The notes beneath the pieces are model-generated. The model worked only from the letters and a program-made list of their open reading frames with translations. It searched no databases and was not told the DNA's origin. 64,000 bases of DNA from Candidatus Heimdallarchaeota archaeon. GTDB lineage: Archaea > Asgardarchaeota > Heimdallarchaeia > Heimdallarchaeales > Heimdallarchaeaceae. Positions within the stretch are counted from its first letter, which is position 1. Every line of letters starts with the position of its first letter. This document shows positions 9,902 to 19,134 of the stretch, in pieces. The translations under genes and the position numbers were made by a program. The stretch lies in assembly GCA_030603365.1 (NCBI GenBank), contig JAUVXV010000011.1, forward strand, positions 1-64,000, written 5' to 3'.

Positions 9902-10540
9902 TTGCATGAAATGAACAAATCTGAGAAGTTTTGGGATAAAAGAGCTGTTAAGTATGATAAGGATGAAAAAGACTGGTCACAAACCTACAATAAAGCTGTT
10001 GAAAACACTAAGAAATATCTCAATAATGATGATACTCTACTAGATTTTGGATGTGGATCAGGAATTCTAACCTTACGTTTTACTGATTTAGTGAAAGAGA
10101 TTCATGCAATAGACATCTCCTCAAAGATTATTGAAGCTGCAAAAGAAAGAGCAAAAGGAAACAATATAGAGAACATAAGCTATGTACAAACAACTATTTT
10201 TGATGAGAGATATAAGAAAGAATCATTTAATGTGGTTTTAGCTTACAACATCTTACATCTGGTAGAAGATATTCAAAGAACTATACAAAGAATATACGAA
10301 ATACTAAAACCTGGAGGGATGTTTATTTCTGAAACAGTTTGCTTAAGAGAAAAGAAATCTTTTTCTAGTAAACTAATAGTTTTCATAAGTAAAACGAAAT
10401 TAGTACCACCAGTGGAAAATTTGAAATCCACTGATTTAGAAAATATGATTATAGACTGCGGTTTTGAAATTATTGAAACTGAAATCTTAGGACAATCTGT
10501 GCCCAACTATTTTGTTGTTGCAAAGAAGATAGGAGTTTAA
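9902..10540 (+). CDS. Class I SAM-dependent methyltransferase
   Basis: LLDFGCGSG, IDIS, LKPGG motifs. Confidence 0.9.
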   Translation: MHEMNKSEKFWDKRAVKYDKDEKDWSQTYNKAVENTKKYLNNDDTLLDFGCGSGILTLRFTDLVKEIHAIDISSKIIEAAKERAKGNNIENISYVQTTIFDERYKKESFNVVLAYNILHLVEDIQRTIQRIYEILKPGGMFISETVCLREKKSFSSKLIVFISKTKLVPPVENLKSTDLENMIIDCGFEIIETEILGQSVPNYFVVAKKIGV

Positions 10541-10542
10541 TC

Positions 10543-11057
10543 TTAAAAAGATGAATGGCAGTACTCTTGGATAGGGCAGGAAGGACATTTCACCTTTATC
10601 AAATACAGGAAATTACCCACTAGCATGATTATGAATCCAACTAAAGCTATTATTGCTAAATAATCGAAATCCATGAAAAATGAAACTATTGTTAGAATAA
10701 TTGGTAATATCCATACTAAAAACATTAACCACACCCAGTTTTTTTGACCTACATGTTTATGAAGAAGTGTCTTACTCCATTTTTCAATAGAAGGCAGCTT
10801 CTCAGTAGCATCCTTTTGCTCTTTATCTACTGAAGTATCTTTAGTTTTGAAATAGCAATATTTACACATCGTAAATGGCATTATCAAGAAGTAAAACACA
10901 AGTGAATAGATCAGATACCCCACAGATTGAGGTAATATATCCCCCAAGTTCCAAAAGCCATTAGAATTATACTAATCGAAACAGGTGTAGGTTTATAGAA
11001 TGGACACCGCGGGATAAATCCCAAAATGAATTGACTAGATTGTTTTTCATCTGGCAA
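10543..11057 (-). pseudogene. Cys-motif membrane protein, frameshifted paralog of 18283-18813
   Basis: Begins MPDEKQ..GFIPRCPFYKPT (TTG at 11057); 10-nt deletion between CCCACA repeats near 10925; C-terminus KCPSCPIQEYCHSSF. Confidence 0.8.
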
Positions 11058-11207
11058 ATTGAGTTACGAACAGATTGTAGCTAGATATTATTTAAACTTA
11101 ACTAGCTCCTTCATTTGAAGAAATTATTGAGTTATTCTAGATTTAAATTAAAGTTAAAATAACAAAAAGTAAAAAGAAAAAGAGATACTATATTCACTTC
11201 TATACTT

Positions 11208-12614
11208 CTAAATTGAATCAGCTTCAAGTAAGAATTGTAAAGCAATATCATTAATTCTTTGAACTGTGTTTGTATCTATTTGTTCTTCTGCAAAATCTAG
11301 AAGTAAGCTCATCTTATTTGAACATGTAACTACTCCAACTACCAAATTAACTGTCACCAAAGGAAAACCAGCACCTGGGAGAACAATTAACCTATCTAGC
11401 TCTAAATTCCCATAGAGTTTTGGGAAATTCATCCGAGTTAGATTTGTAACAGCTGTTCCAATATTAACATTCTCAATAGAATGTGAGTTACTACGTTTAA
11501 ACAAATTATAAGCTGTATCTTGGCACTTACTGAAAGATGATATTTTCTCGTATCTAGATTGGTCAGATGTTACAATATGTCCAAGTACTTTGTAGGGTTT
11601 AGATTCAATTATACTTGCTTCTAATTTTGTAAATAGTAAAGGATTTCTGAAGAAATTCTGATTGTTGTATAATTTCTTAATTTTCTTGTGGAAAGATCTA
11701 GCATTGTCCCACACGCTCTTCTTAAGATTGTACTTATATTCAAGATCTACTACAGTTGCATAGAAACCCATTCCCTCTCCGGCAGAAGGTACTAATTTAG
11801 ATCTTAAGTCAGCAGCAACTGCAACCTTTGAGTTGTGTGGTGTGTCCCCTTGAATAATTTTCTGCGCTCCAATGAATGCTGCTGTTATTGCTGAGTTGAC
11901 TGTTACTTTGTTTGCTTTACAATTTTTGATTAATCTATTGGTTTCTTCTTCTGTAAGTTCAATAGAAATAGTACTGTGGGTGAAATTCTTCCAATATGCT
12001 TCATGTAAGTTTTCATAATCCTCAAGATCAAAAATAACTTCTTCTTGCTTCCATTTACTATTAATTCTTTCTAGTAGTTTTGTAATTAGTCCGCTTAATT
12101 CATGTTCTTCAGGAATGGTTTGTCTTGTCATAGGAAAAACATCAGTTAATATCTCAACTTCCTTTCCTGAATCTCCAAGATGTTCCATTAGATCTCTTGC
12201 AATAAACGCGAGTGATAGTCCATCACAAATAACATGATGGCAAAAAATCATAACATCAGAAACATTTTCTGATTGTATTAAGTAAATTCGAGTTAAAGGA
12301 TACTTATCAAATTCAAAAGATATCCTACATGCTTGATTATACACTTCTATCCAGGTATTATTGTCAACTCTAGTAATAACGTCAACTGGTATTAGTTCTA
12401 CTCCTTCCGATGTAAACCAAAATTCTTGATTTTCATCCATTTCAATTCTAACTTGTAGAAGTGAATGGCGTTGTTGAACCTTAGTAACTGCGTTCCTTAA
12501 CATGTCTTCTGTAACTGTTCCTTTGATTCTAACAATCATAGAAACAACAGAATAGGGGGAAATATTCAACATTCTTTCCCATGCAGTTATTTTACGTTTG
12601 TAATTCTTGTTCAT
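11208..12614 (-). CDS. Condensation-domain / alcohol acetyltransferase-like CoA-dependent acyltransferase
   Basis: HHxxxDG motif (CHHVICDG), VTVNS and ADLR motifs. Confidence 0.8.
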   Translation of the reverse strand: MNKNYKRKITAWERMLNISPYSVVSMIVRIKGTVTEDMLRNAVTKVQQRHSLLQVRIEMDENQEFWFTSEGVELIPVDVITRVDNNTWIEVYNQACRISFEFDKYPLTRIYLIQSENVSDVMIFCHHVICDGLSLAFIARDLMEHLGDSGKEVEILTDVFPMTRQTIPEEHELSGLITKLLERINSKWKQEEVIFDLEDYENLHEAYWKNFTHSTISIELTEEETNRLIKNCKANKVTVNSAITAAFIGAQKIIQGDTPHNSKVAVAADLRSKLVPSAGEGMGFYATVVDLEYKYNLKKSVWDNARSFHKKIKKLYNNQNFFRNPLLFTKLEASIIESKPYKVLGHIVTSDQSRYEKISSFSKCQDTAYNLFKRSNSHSIENVNIGTAVTNLTRMNFPKLYGNLELDRLIVLPGAGFPLVTVNLVVGVVTCSNKMSLLLDFAEEQIDTNTVQRINDIALQFLLEADSI

Positions 12615-12746
12615 TTTAACTAATCCTGTAGTTTAGTTTTTTCATGCAATTTTCTTGCTTCGTGGACGCATTGTACAGTCGCATATATAAATATATTCTT
12701 AAATTTCTAAAATTTCAGAAAGTTTATAAATGATTAATAACAACTA

Positions 12747-13874
12747 TTGTTAACCACTATGAAATCTGAAAAAATAAAAAAAGAGTTCATTCAATTTATG
12801 GAGGATTCTCACAAGAATCTGATTTTTCCAAAAAACTTCATTGGTTGTATGATGTCAGTTTTTATTGAACAGAAACTAGTGACTCAAGAACGAGTTATGG
12901 AATTAACAGGATATTCATTATCAACTGTATCTCAGATGTTAAATTTGATTCAAAGAAATATGCGTTTAGATAGGATCAAAGAACCAAAAATAAGAAAAAA
13001 ATCGTATACATTTTATCTCCCCCCACGAATATTTATGTTTGACTTTTTTCAGATAATTATAGAATCTTTTATTGATAAGATTGAATTTGTTTTACCAATT
13101 ATTGAAGAACTCAATCAGTATACCAACAAACATGAAGCTTTTCTTAAATTTCAAAATTTTCTCAAACAATTCTATGAGAAGTCGAATATTTTTCTGAGTT
13201 TGCATACAGATACTTCTAAGGAAATGAAAGAATTAATTCTCTCTAATTCACAAAATGAATCTTCTTTGGATGACAGCACTCTACAGGAATCACTAGAGTA
13301 TTCGAAGAAGATAAAAGAGATTTTTAAACTGCCATTAGAACCAAAGGACGATTCATTTCAAGCTATACAGTCAGAAGAATTACTTAAATCATATATTGAG
13401 CTAAAGAATAGATTCTATCAACAATTTCGAGCAACTCTTCAAACATCTCAATTAATGACCGCTCGAAGTATAATAGGTACTGAACTGTTATTAGAAAATA
13501 GACCAATGACTCAAGTGGAAATTGAAGAAAATACTCATCTGGCTAGATCGCTTATATCTGAAGCCTTGAATCTTCTTCTAGAATATAGAATGGTCAAGCT
13601 AATTAAGAAATCTGGTGACAGGAAGAATTACTATCTGATATACCAGTCTTGGGATGTTAGAATGATTAATCGAATTCGAGCTTCTCAGAAACATGCAAAA
13701 AATATTAGAATGAAGTTATACAGCTGGATGGAGGAACTTAAACAAGATAAAGCGAATGAAGATGCTAAATCTTTATTGACTACGCTATCAGAAATACATC
13801 ATTCTTATGCTAAATTTGAACAATTTTACAAGATTCTTGAATTGAGATATTTCAAAAGATATGTAAAAGATTGA
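12747..13874 (+). CDS. Tandem GbsR/MarR-like winged-helix regulator
   Basis: Two HTH units: TQERVMELTGYSLSTVSQML and MTQVEIEENTHLARSLISEAL..GDRKNYY. Confidence 0.7.
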   Translation: MLTTMKSEKIKKEFIQFMEDSHKNLIFPKNFIGCMMSVFIEQKLVTQERVMELTGYSLSTVSQMLNLIQRNMRLDRIKEPKIRKKSYTFYLPPRIFMFDFFQIIIESFIDKIEFVLPIIEELNQYTNKHEAFLKFQNFLKQFYEKSNIFLSLHTDTSKEMKELILSNSQNESSLDDSTLQESLEYSKKIKEIFKLPLEPKDDSFQAIQSEELLKSYIELKNRFYQQFRATLQTSQLMTARSIIGTELLLENRPMTQVEIEENTHLARSLISEALNLLLEYRMVKLIKKSGDRKNYYLIYQSWDVRMINRIRASQKHAKNIRMKLYSWMEELKQDKANEDAKSLLTTLSEIHHSYAKFEQFYKILELRYFKRYVKD

Positions 13875-13908
13875 TAAAATGAAATAAAAAAAGAAAATCT
13901 CATGACTT

Positions 13909-14610
13909 TTAATCAATGACACATTTATTCCATTCATCTTCATAAAACTCAGGATTCGCAAGTAAAGCAAAGATTTGAAGAATATCAATTGCTTTACTCA
14001 TTTCTACATAGGTCTTACCTGTAAAGAGATCAGGATTTTTTTCACCAGTTTCTTCCAATATAGTAGAAACTTCATTTACCACTTTAGTGAAAATACCTAT
14101 AATTAAACCTCTTAAACAATCTTCTGAGGATAATTTGAATTTAGGATAAATCTTGAGTATACTACTTACAAAATCAATGATTTCATTACCAGCATCAGTT
14201 TCCCAGTATTTTCTAGACAAATCAATAGTATAAAATACTGTACCAGTTCGACTGTAGAGAATTTCAGTTGCATTTTTAGCCATATCAACTCTTCGACCAG
14301 CTTGAGAAACTAATCCTCCTTTTTCGAGAAGTTTAACGTAACGATAAATTGTCATTTCATTCTTAGGTTTTTCAACAAGAAGGTTATAACCTGCTCTTAT
14401 TTCCTTAATAGTTAAAGGACCACTCCTTAGGATATTAATAATTGGGAATAATTTCTTATCATTAAGTAAATCATACACTTTTCGTTTTACTTTTTTTTCT
14501 TCTCCAGATTTAGGGTCTTTAATAACTTCTTCGAATTCATCCTCTCCTGTGATAATTTTCACAAAAGGAGGAGAATATGTTATGACATTTTGTGTAGCCA
14601 TTTTACTCAC
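13909..14610 (-). CDS. ArsR-like winged-helix protein (archaeal type)
   Basis: GPLTIKEI..MTIYRYVKLLEKGGLV..TEILYSRT. Confidence 0.7.
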   Translation of the reverse strand: MSKMATQNVITYSPPFVKIITGEDEFEEVIKDPKSGEEKKVKRKVYDLLNDKKLFPIINILRSGPLTIKEIRAGYNLLVEKPKNEMTIYRYVKLLEKGGLVSQAGRRVDMAKNATEILYSRTGTVFYTIDLSRKYWETDAGNEIIDFVSSILKIYPKFKLSSEDCLRGLIIGIFTKVVNEVSTILEETGEKNPDLFTGKTYVEMSKAIDILQIFALLANPEFYEDEWNKCVID

Positions 14611-14771
14611 TTAAACATTTATTATGTTATGTTTATTTTAGAGATTAATAAACTTTTTTATTTATTTGTAGCACAAATATTATTTTTTTAGGCAAATCCT
14701 TCTTTTTTCGAAATGTTTATATAAATAAATGTTAAAGTGTTCTCAAGAACTGAGAAAATGGTGAAGGAAAA

Positions 14772-15008
14772 ATGAAAACTGAAATCTATCATCGAAATCA
14801 GAACACAGTTGGATACTCTAAGAGAGAAACTACTGGAGTTTATGAAAGGCTTAAAGCTATTATTAGAAGAATTAAATTGGTAAATAAGGCACCAAAAAAG
14901 GTACTTACTTCAAAGCAATTTAATACAACAACAATCGCTCATCAAGTTCGAGAGCAACAAGATAGTGTAATTATACAATCACTACTATTGTTTGGAACTA
15001 GTCGCTAA
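14772..15008 (+). CDS. Small hypothetical protein
   Basis: ATG after GGTGAAGG; TTTATATA box upstream. Confidence 0.5.
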   Translation: MKTEIYHRNQNTVGYSKRETTGVYERLKAIIRRIKLVNKAPKKVLTSKQFNTTTIAHQVREQQDSVIIQSLLLFGTSR

Positions 15009-15043
15009 AACAATTGAAACAAGGTAAAATTGGAGGAATAAAA

Positions 15044-16021
15044 ATGAAAGCAATAGTATATGAAAAGTACGGACTACCGGAAGTTCTTCAGATTAAAGAA
15101 GTAAAAAAACCTGTTCCCAAAGATAATGATGTGCTGATAAGAGTATATGCTACTACCGCAACTCTATACGACTGTTGGGCGCGAAGTTGTACCGCCCCTC
15201 CTGGCTTCGGGCTTATGAGCAGATTATCGTCTGGTATCAGAAAACCAAAACAACCTATACTAGGGACTGAGTTAGCAGGGAAAATTGAAGCCGTAGGCAA
15301 AGATGTGAAAATATTTAAGAAAGGAGATCAAATTTTTGGATCTATAGCGATGAGTTTAGGTGCTTATGCAGAGTACATTTGTCTACCTGAGGACAAGGCA
15401 TTGGCACTAAAACCTGTCAATATGACCTACGAGGAAGCTGCCACTGTTCCACAAGGGGCATTAACCGCATTGTATTTTCTAAGAAAAGCAAATATTCAGA
15501 GCGGACAAAAAATACTTATCTTTGGCGCTTCTGGAGGTGTAGGTGGTTTTGCGGTACAACTTGCTAAGTATTTCGGAGCAGAAGTTACTGGAGTCTGCAG
15601 TACCAAGAAATTAGAGTTGGTAAAAGCTCTTGGAGCTGATAAAGTCATTGATTACACTAAAGAGGATTTTACAAAAAACGATGAGACATATGATATTATT
15701 CTTGATACAATAGGCAAGAGTTCAGTTTCACGAAGTAAAAAATCACTGAAGAAAAAAGGGTACTATCTTTTTACAACATTTGGGGTGCCAAAGCTTCTTC
15801 AGATTCTATGGCTTAATTTAACAAGCAATAAAAAAGCAATAGTTGGGCTCTTAGAAGAGAGAACTGAAGATCTAAATTTCCTTAAAGAGCTTATTGAGAC
15901 AGAGAAGATAAAATCGGTCATTGATAGAAGTTTTCCAATGGATCAAGCTGCGGAAGCTCATAATTATGTCGAAAAAGGGCTCAAAAAGGGACATGTAGTC
16001 ATAATTATTGAAGATAAATAG
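15044..16021 (+). CDS. MDR oxidoreductase (copy 5)
   Basis: GGAGG RBS; constant blocks; GASGGVG motif. Confidence 0.92.
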   Translation: MKAIVYEKYGLPEVLQIKEVKKPVPKDNDVLIRVYATTATLYDCWARSCTAPPGFGLMSRLSSGIRKPKQPILGTELAGKIEAVGKDVKIFKKGDQIFGSIAMSLGAYAEYICLPEDKALALKPVNMTYEEAATVPQGALTALYFLRKANIQSGQKILIFGASGGVGGFAVQLAKYFGAEVTGVCSTKKLELVKALGADKVIDYTKEDFTKNDETYDIILDTIGKSSVSRSKKSLKKKGYYLFTTFGVPKLLQILWLNLTSNKKAIVGLLEERTEDLNFLKELIETEKIKSVIDRSFPMDQAAEAHNYVEKGLKKGHVVIIIEDK

Positions 16022-16157
16022 GTATTCTAGAATCTTATATACCATTATTTTCATTTCATTACTTTTTTAGTAACTTATAAGGTGCAGAGACTTTTTTGAG
16101 AAAGACTATTAAGTTTAAAGCAATACTATTAATTTATGAAAATGAAAGCAGTTGTAT
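16007..16157 (+). repeat. MDR stop-spacer-start unit, copy 1, with a BRE/TATA-like box
   Basis: Aligns along its length with 17132-17281. Confidence 0.85.
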
Positions 16158-17146
16158 GCACAAAATACGGACCACCGGATGTTCTTCAGCTCAAAGAGGT
16201 AGAAAAACCTACTCCCAAAGCCAATGAAGTACTGATAAGAATATATGCGACAACAGTAACTTTATACGACTGTTGGATGCGAAGTTGCACAGCCCCTACC
16301 GGGTTCGGGCTTATCAACCGAATAGCGTCTGGGCTCAGAAAACCAAAGAAATCTATACTAGGGACTGAGCTAGCCGGGGAAATTGAAGCCATAGGCAAAG
16401 AGGTAAAACTCTTCAAGAAAGGTGACTAAGTTTTTGCAAGTACCTTTTGGGCAGATTTTGGTGCATATGCCGAGTACAAATGTATGCCTGAAGACGGGTT
16501 GGTGGCAATAAAACCAGCCAATATGACCTATGAGGAAGCCGCTGCTTTCCAACAAGGGGCATTAACAGCTATGGTTTTCCTTAGAGATAAGGCAAATATT
16601 CAGAGAGGACAAAAAGTTCTTATCAATGGAGCTTCTGGAGCGGTAGGTACTGCTGCGGTACAGCTTGCTAAGAACTTTGGAGCGGAAGTTACCGGTGTAT
16701 GCAGTACCACGAATTTAGAATTGGTGAAATCTCTGGGAGCTGATAAAGTCATTAATTACACTAAAGAGGATTTTACAAAAAATAACCAGACCTACAATAT
16801 TATTATTGACACGGTAGGCAAGACTTCGTTTTCACGTTGTAAGAAATCGCTAAAGCAAAATGGAACCTTTCTTCAAGCTGCCTCTAAGTCACTTATTCTT
16901 CAAGCATTTCAAACGCTTTGGACTTCAAAGATCGGCAGCAAAAAGGGAATGATTGCGACCACAGGTTTAAGGCCAATAAGCGAAAAGATCAAAGATTTAA
17001 TCTTCCTCACAGAACTGTATGAAGCTGGAAAGCTAAAACCAGTTATAGATAAAAGCTATCCTTTGGAACAAATTGTCGAAGCTCATAGCTACGTTGACAA
17101 AGGACACAAAAAGGGAAATGTAGTAATAACTATTGAAGATAAATAG
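16136..17146 (+). pseudogene. MDR oxidoreductase (copy 6) with a single in-frame TAA at 16427
   Basis: GGT-GAC-TAA-GTT-TTT where paralogs encode GD(Q/E)(V/I)F; the downstream ORF at 16484 is in the same frame. Confidence 0.88.
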
Positions 17147-17281
17147 GTAATCTAGGATTTTATTACCATTATTTTCCCTTCTTATTATTTTTAGTAACTT
17201 ATTAAGTGCTTGGAATTTTGGGAGAAACACTATTAAGTTTAAAGTAATACTGTCAATTTATGAAAATGAAAGCAGTTGTAT
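17132..17281 (+). repeat. MDR stop-spacer-start unit, copy 2
   Basis: Aligns with 16007-16157. Confidence 0.85.
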
Positions 17282-18225
17282 ATGAAAAATACGGAGAATT
17301 GGAGGAAGTTCTTGAATTAAAAAAGGTTGAAAAACCTTCTCCTAGAGACAATGAAGTATTAGTTAAAATTCACGCTACAGGTATAAATTTTGCTGATTTT
17401 GGTTTAGTTAAAGGAAAGCCTTTCTTGGGTCGCTTATGGTCAGGTCTGCTCAAACCAAAACACCCTATACTCGGAGCTGATATAGCGGGACGAGTTGAAG
17501 CAGTTGGTAAAAGCGTAAAGCAGTTTCAGACAGGTGATGAAGTATTCGGGGACATAGGTGGTGTTGGTTGGGGTGGTTTTGCAGAATATGTATCTGTTCC
17601 TGAAAATGTACTAGCACTGAAACCAGTTGATATATCATTTGAGGAAGCAGCAGCATTACCTCAAGCAACACTCGTTGTGATACAGGGTCTTCGTGATCAT
17701 GGACAGATTAAGCCAGGACAAAAGGTTTTGATTAATGGTGCGTCTGGTAATAATGGTTCACTTGCTGTGCAGGTTGCCAAATCATTTGGAGCAGAAGTGA
17801 CTGGGGTATGCAGTACTAAGAATTTAGAATTTGTGAAATCTCTGGGAGCTGATAAAGTAATCGATTACACTCAAGAAGATTTCACTAAAAGTGGGCAGCG
17901 TTATGACTTGATTTTTGATATAGCAGTAAGCCACTCGATATCTGATTATAAACGTGCATTGAATCCTAAGGGGGCTTACATTGCAGGCGGATTTAATCCA
18001 ACCTCTCTGTTCTTTGGTCCATTGATTTCAATGTTCGGGAGTAAGAAAGTGGCTTCATACATGGGCAGATTAAGCATTAAGGATCTGGAATTTATGAAAG
18101 AGCTTATTGAAGCTGGTAAGGTCGTACCTGTTATAGACAAACGTTTCCCGTTAACGGAGACTGCTGAAGCTATCCGATATTATAAAAAAGGTGCTCAAGG
18201 AAAAGTGGTCATAAATATAGTCTAG
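17260..18225 (+). CDS. MDR oxidoreductase (copy 7, more divergent subtype)
   Basis: LVKGKPF..PILGADIAG, GASGNNG, GKVVI motifs. Confidence 0.92.
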   Translation: MKMKAVVYEKYGELEEVLELKKVEKPSPRDNEVLVKIHATGINFADFGLVKGKPFLGRLWSGLLKPKHPILGADIAGRVEAVGKSVKQFQTGDEVFGDIGGVGWGGFAEYVSVPENVLALKPVDISFEEAAALPQATLVVIQGLRDHGQIKPGQKVLINGASGNNGSLAVQVAKSFGAEVTGVCSTKNLEFVKSLGADKVIDYTQEDFTKSGQRYDLIFDIAVSHSISDYKRALNPKGAYIAGGFNPTSLFFGPLISMFGSKKVASYMGRLSIKDLEFMKELIEAGKVVPVIDKRFPLTETAEAIRYYKKGAQGKVVINIV

Positions 18226-18282
18226 AAATAAACAGACTAATGATTTCATTACCATTCTTCTCTTTTTTTCATTTTATAGTTT

Positions 18283-18813
18283 CTAAAACGATGAATGGCA
18301 TTCTTCCCTGATTGGACAGGATGGACATTTTACCTTTAACATGTAAAAGATATATCCCACTAGCACAACTATAAATCCAACTAAAGGTATTATAGCAATA
18401 TAAGAGAAATTTCTAAAGAATGAAACGATTATCAGAACAACAGGTAAAAACCATATTATGACCATTGGCCATACCCAATTTTTTTGACCTACATGTTTAT
18501 GTAAATGCGATTTGCTCCATTTATCAACAGACAACAGTTTCTCGATAGCCTTCCCTGTCTCTTTATCTTTTGTAATTTCCTTTACTTTGAAATAACAGTA
18601 TTTACATATTGTTAATGGCATTAGCAAAAAGAAAAATAAAATAGAAAATATCAAATATCCCACAGCAGCCCACAAATTAAGATAATATATCCCCCATGTG
18701 CCAAGAGCTATCTTTACTAGAATAATCAGTAAATTTGTAGGTTTATAGAAGGGACATCTTGGGATTATTCCAAGAAAAGAGAGTTTGGGATCTTGCTCAT
18801 CAACCATACTCAT
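18283..18813 (-). CDS. Four-TM membrane protein with Cys motifs (PRCPF, CKYC, CPSCPxxxxCH)
   Basis: Intact ORF; paralog of 10543-11057. Confidence 0.75.
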   Translation of the reverse strand: MSMVDEQDPKLSFLGIIPRCPFYKPTNLLIILVKIALGTWGIYYLNLWAAVGYLIFSILFFFLLMPLTICKYCYFKVKEITKDKETGKAIEKLLSVDKWSKSHLHKHVGQKNWVWPMVIIWFLPVVLIIVSFFRNFSYIAIIPLVGFIVVLVGYIFYMLKVKCPSCPIREECHSSF

Positions 18814-18950
18814 TCATACTGGATTTATTTTACTAGTTATTTAAACTTAACTGGTTATTTTCTTTTAACAGTGGATACAACCATATTTTCTCTTAGGAAA
18901 TTCATTGTATTGCTCTTTAGAATTTAAATCGAAGTATATTAGACATTTTC

Positions 18951-19052
18951 AAAGGTTCCGTTGGAACAAATTGCTGAAGCTAATAGCAATGGTGATAAAA
19001 GCACAAAAAGGGAAATGTAGTCATAACTGTGGAACAAAAAAACAAAACCTAA
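18951..19052 (+). pseudogene. MDR C-terminal remnant
   Basis: PLEQIAEAN...[16 protein letters not shown] with a frameshift. Confidence 0.75.
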
Positions 19053-19134
19053 CAGGATGAAGAAAAAATTGGAGGATTTTAGCTGATTTATGAAGTATTA
19101 GGATATAGAAATTCAATATTTTCAACAATAACAG

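Noticed and set aside
16427-16429. Possible recoded stop (Sec/Pyl) in MDR6
   Set aside because: The codon is TAA at a Gln/Glu position, and neighbouring genes use TAA as a normal stop.
5357-17671. Recurrent antisense ORFs ending ..GVGFSTSLS (5357, 9005, 15088, 16186 and others)
   Set aside because: Reverse-frame shadows of the conserved MDR N-terminus, not an independent gene family.
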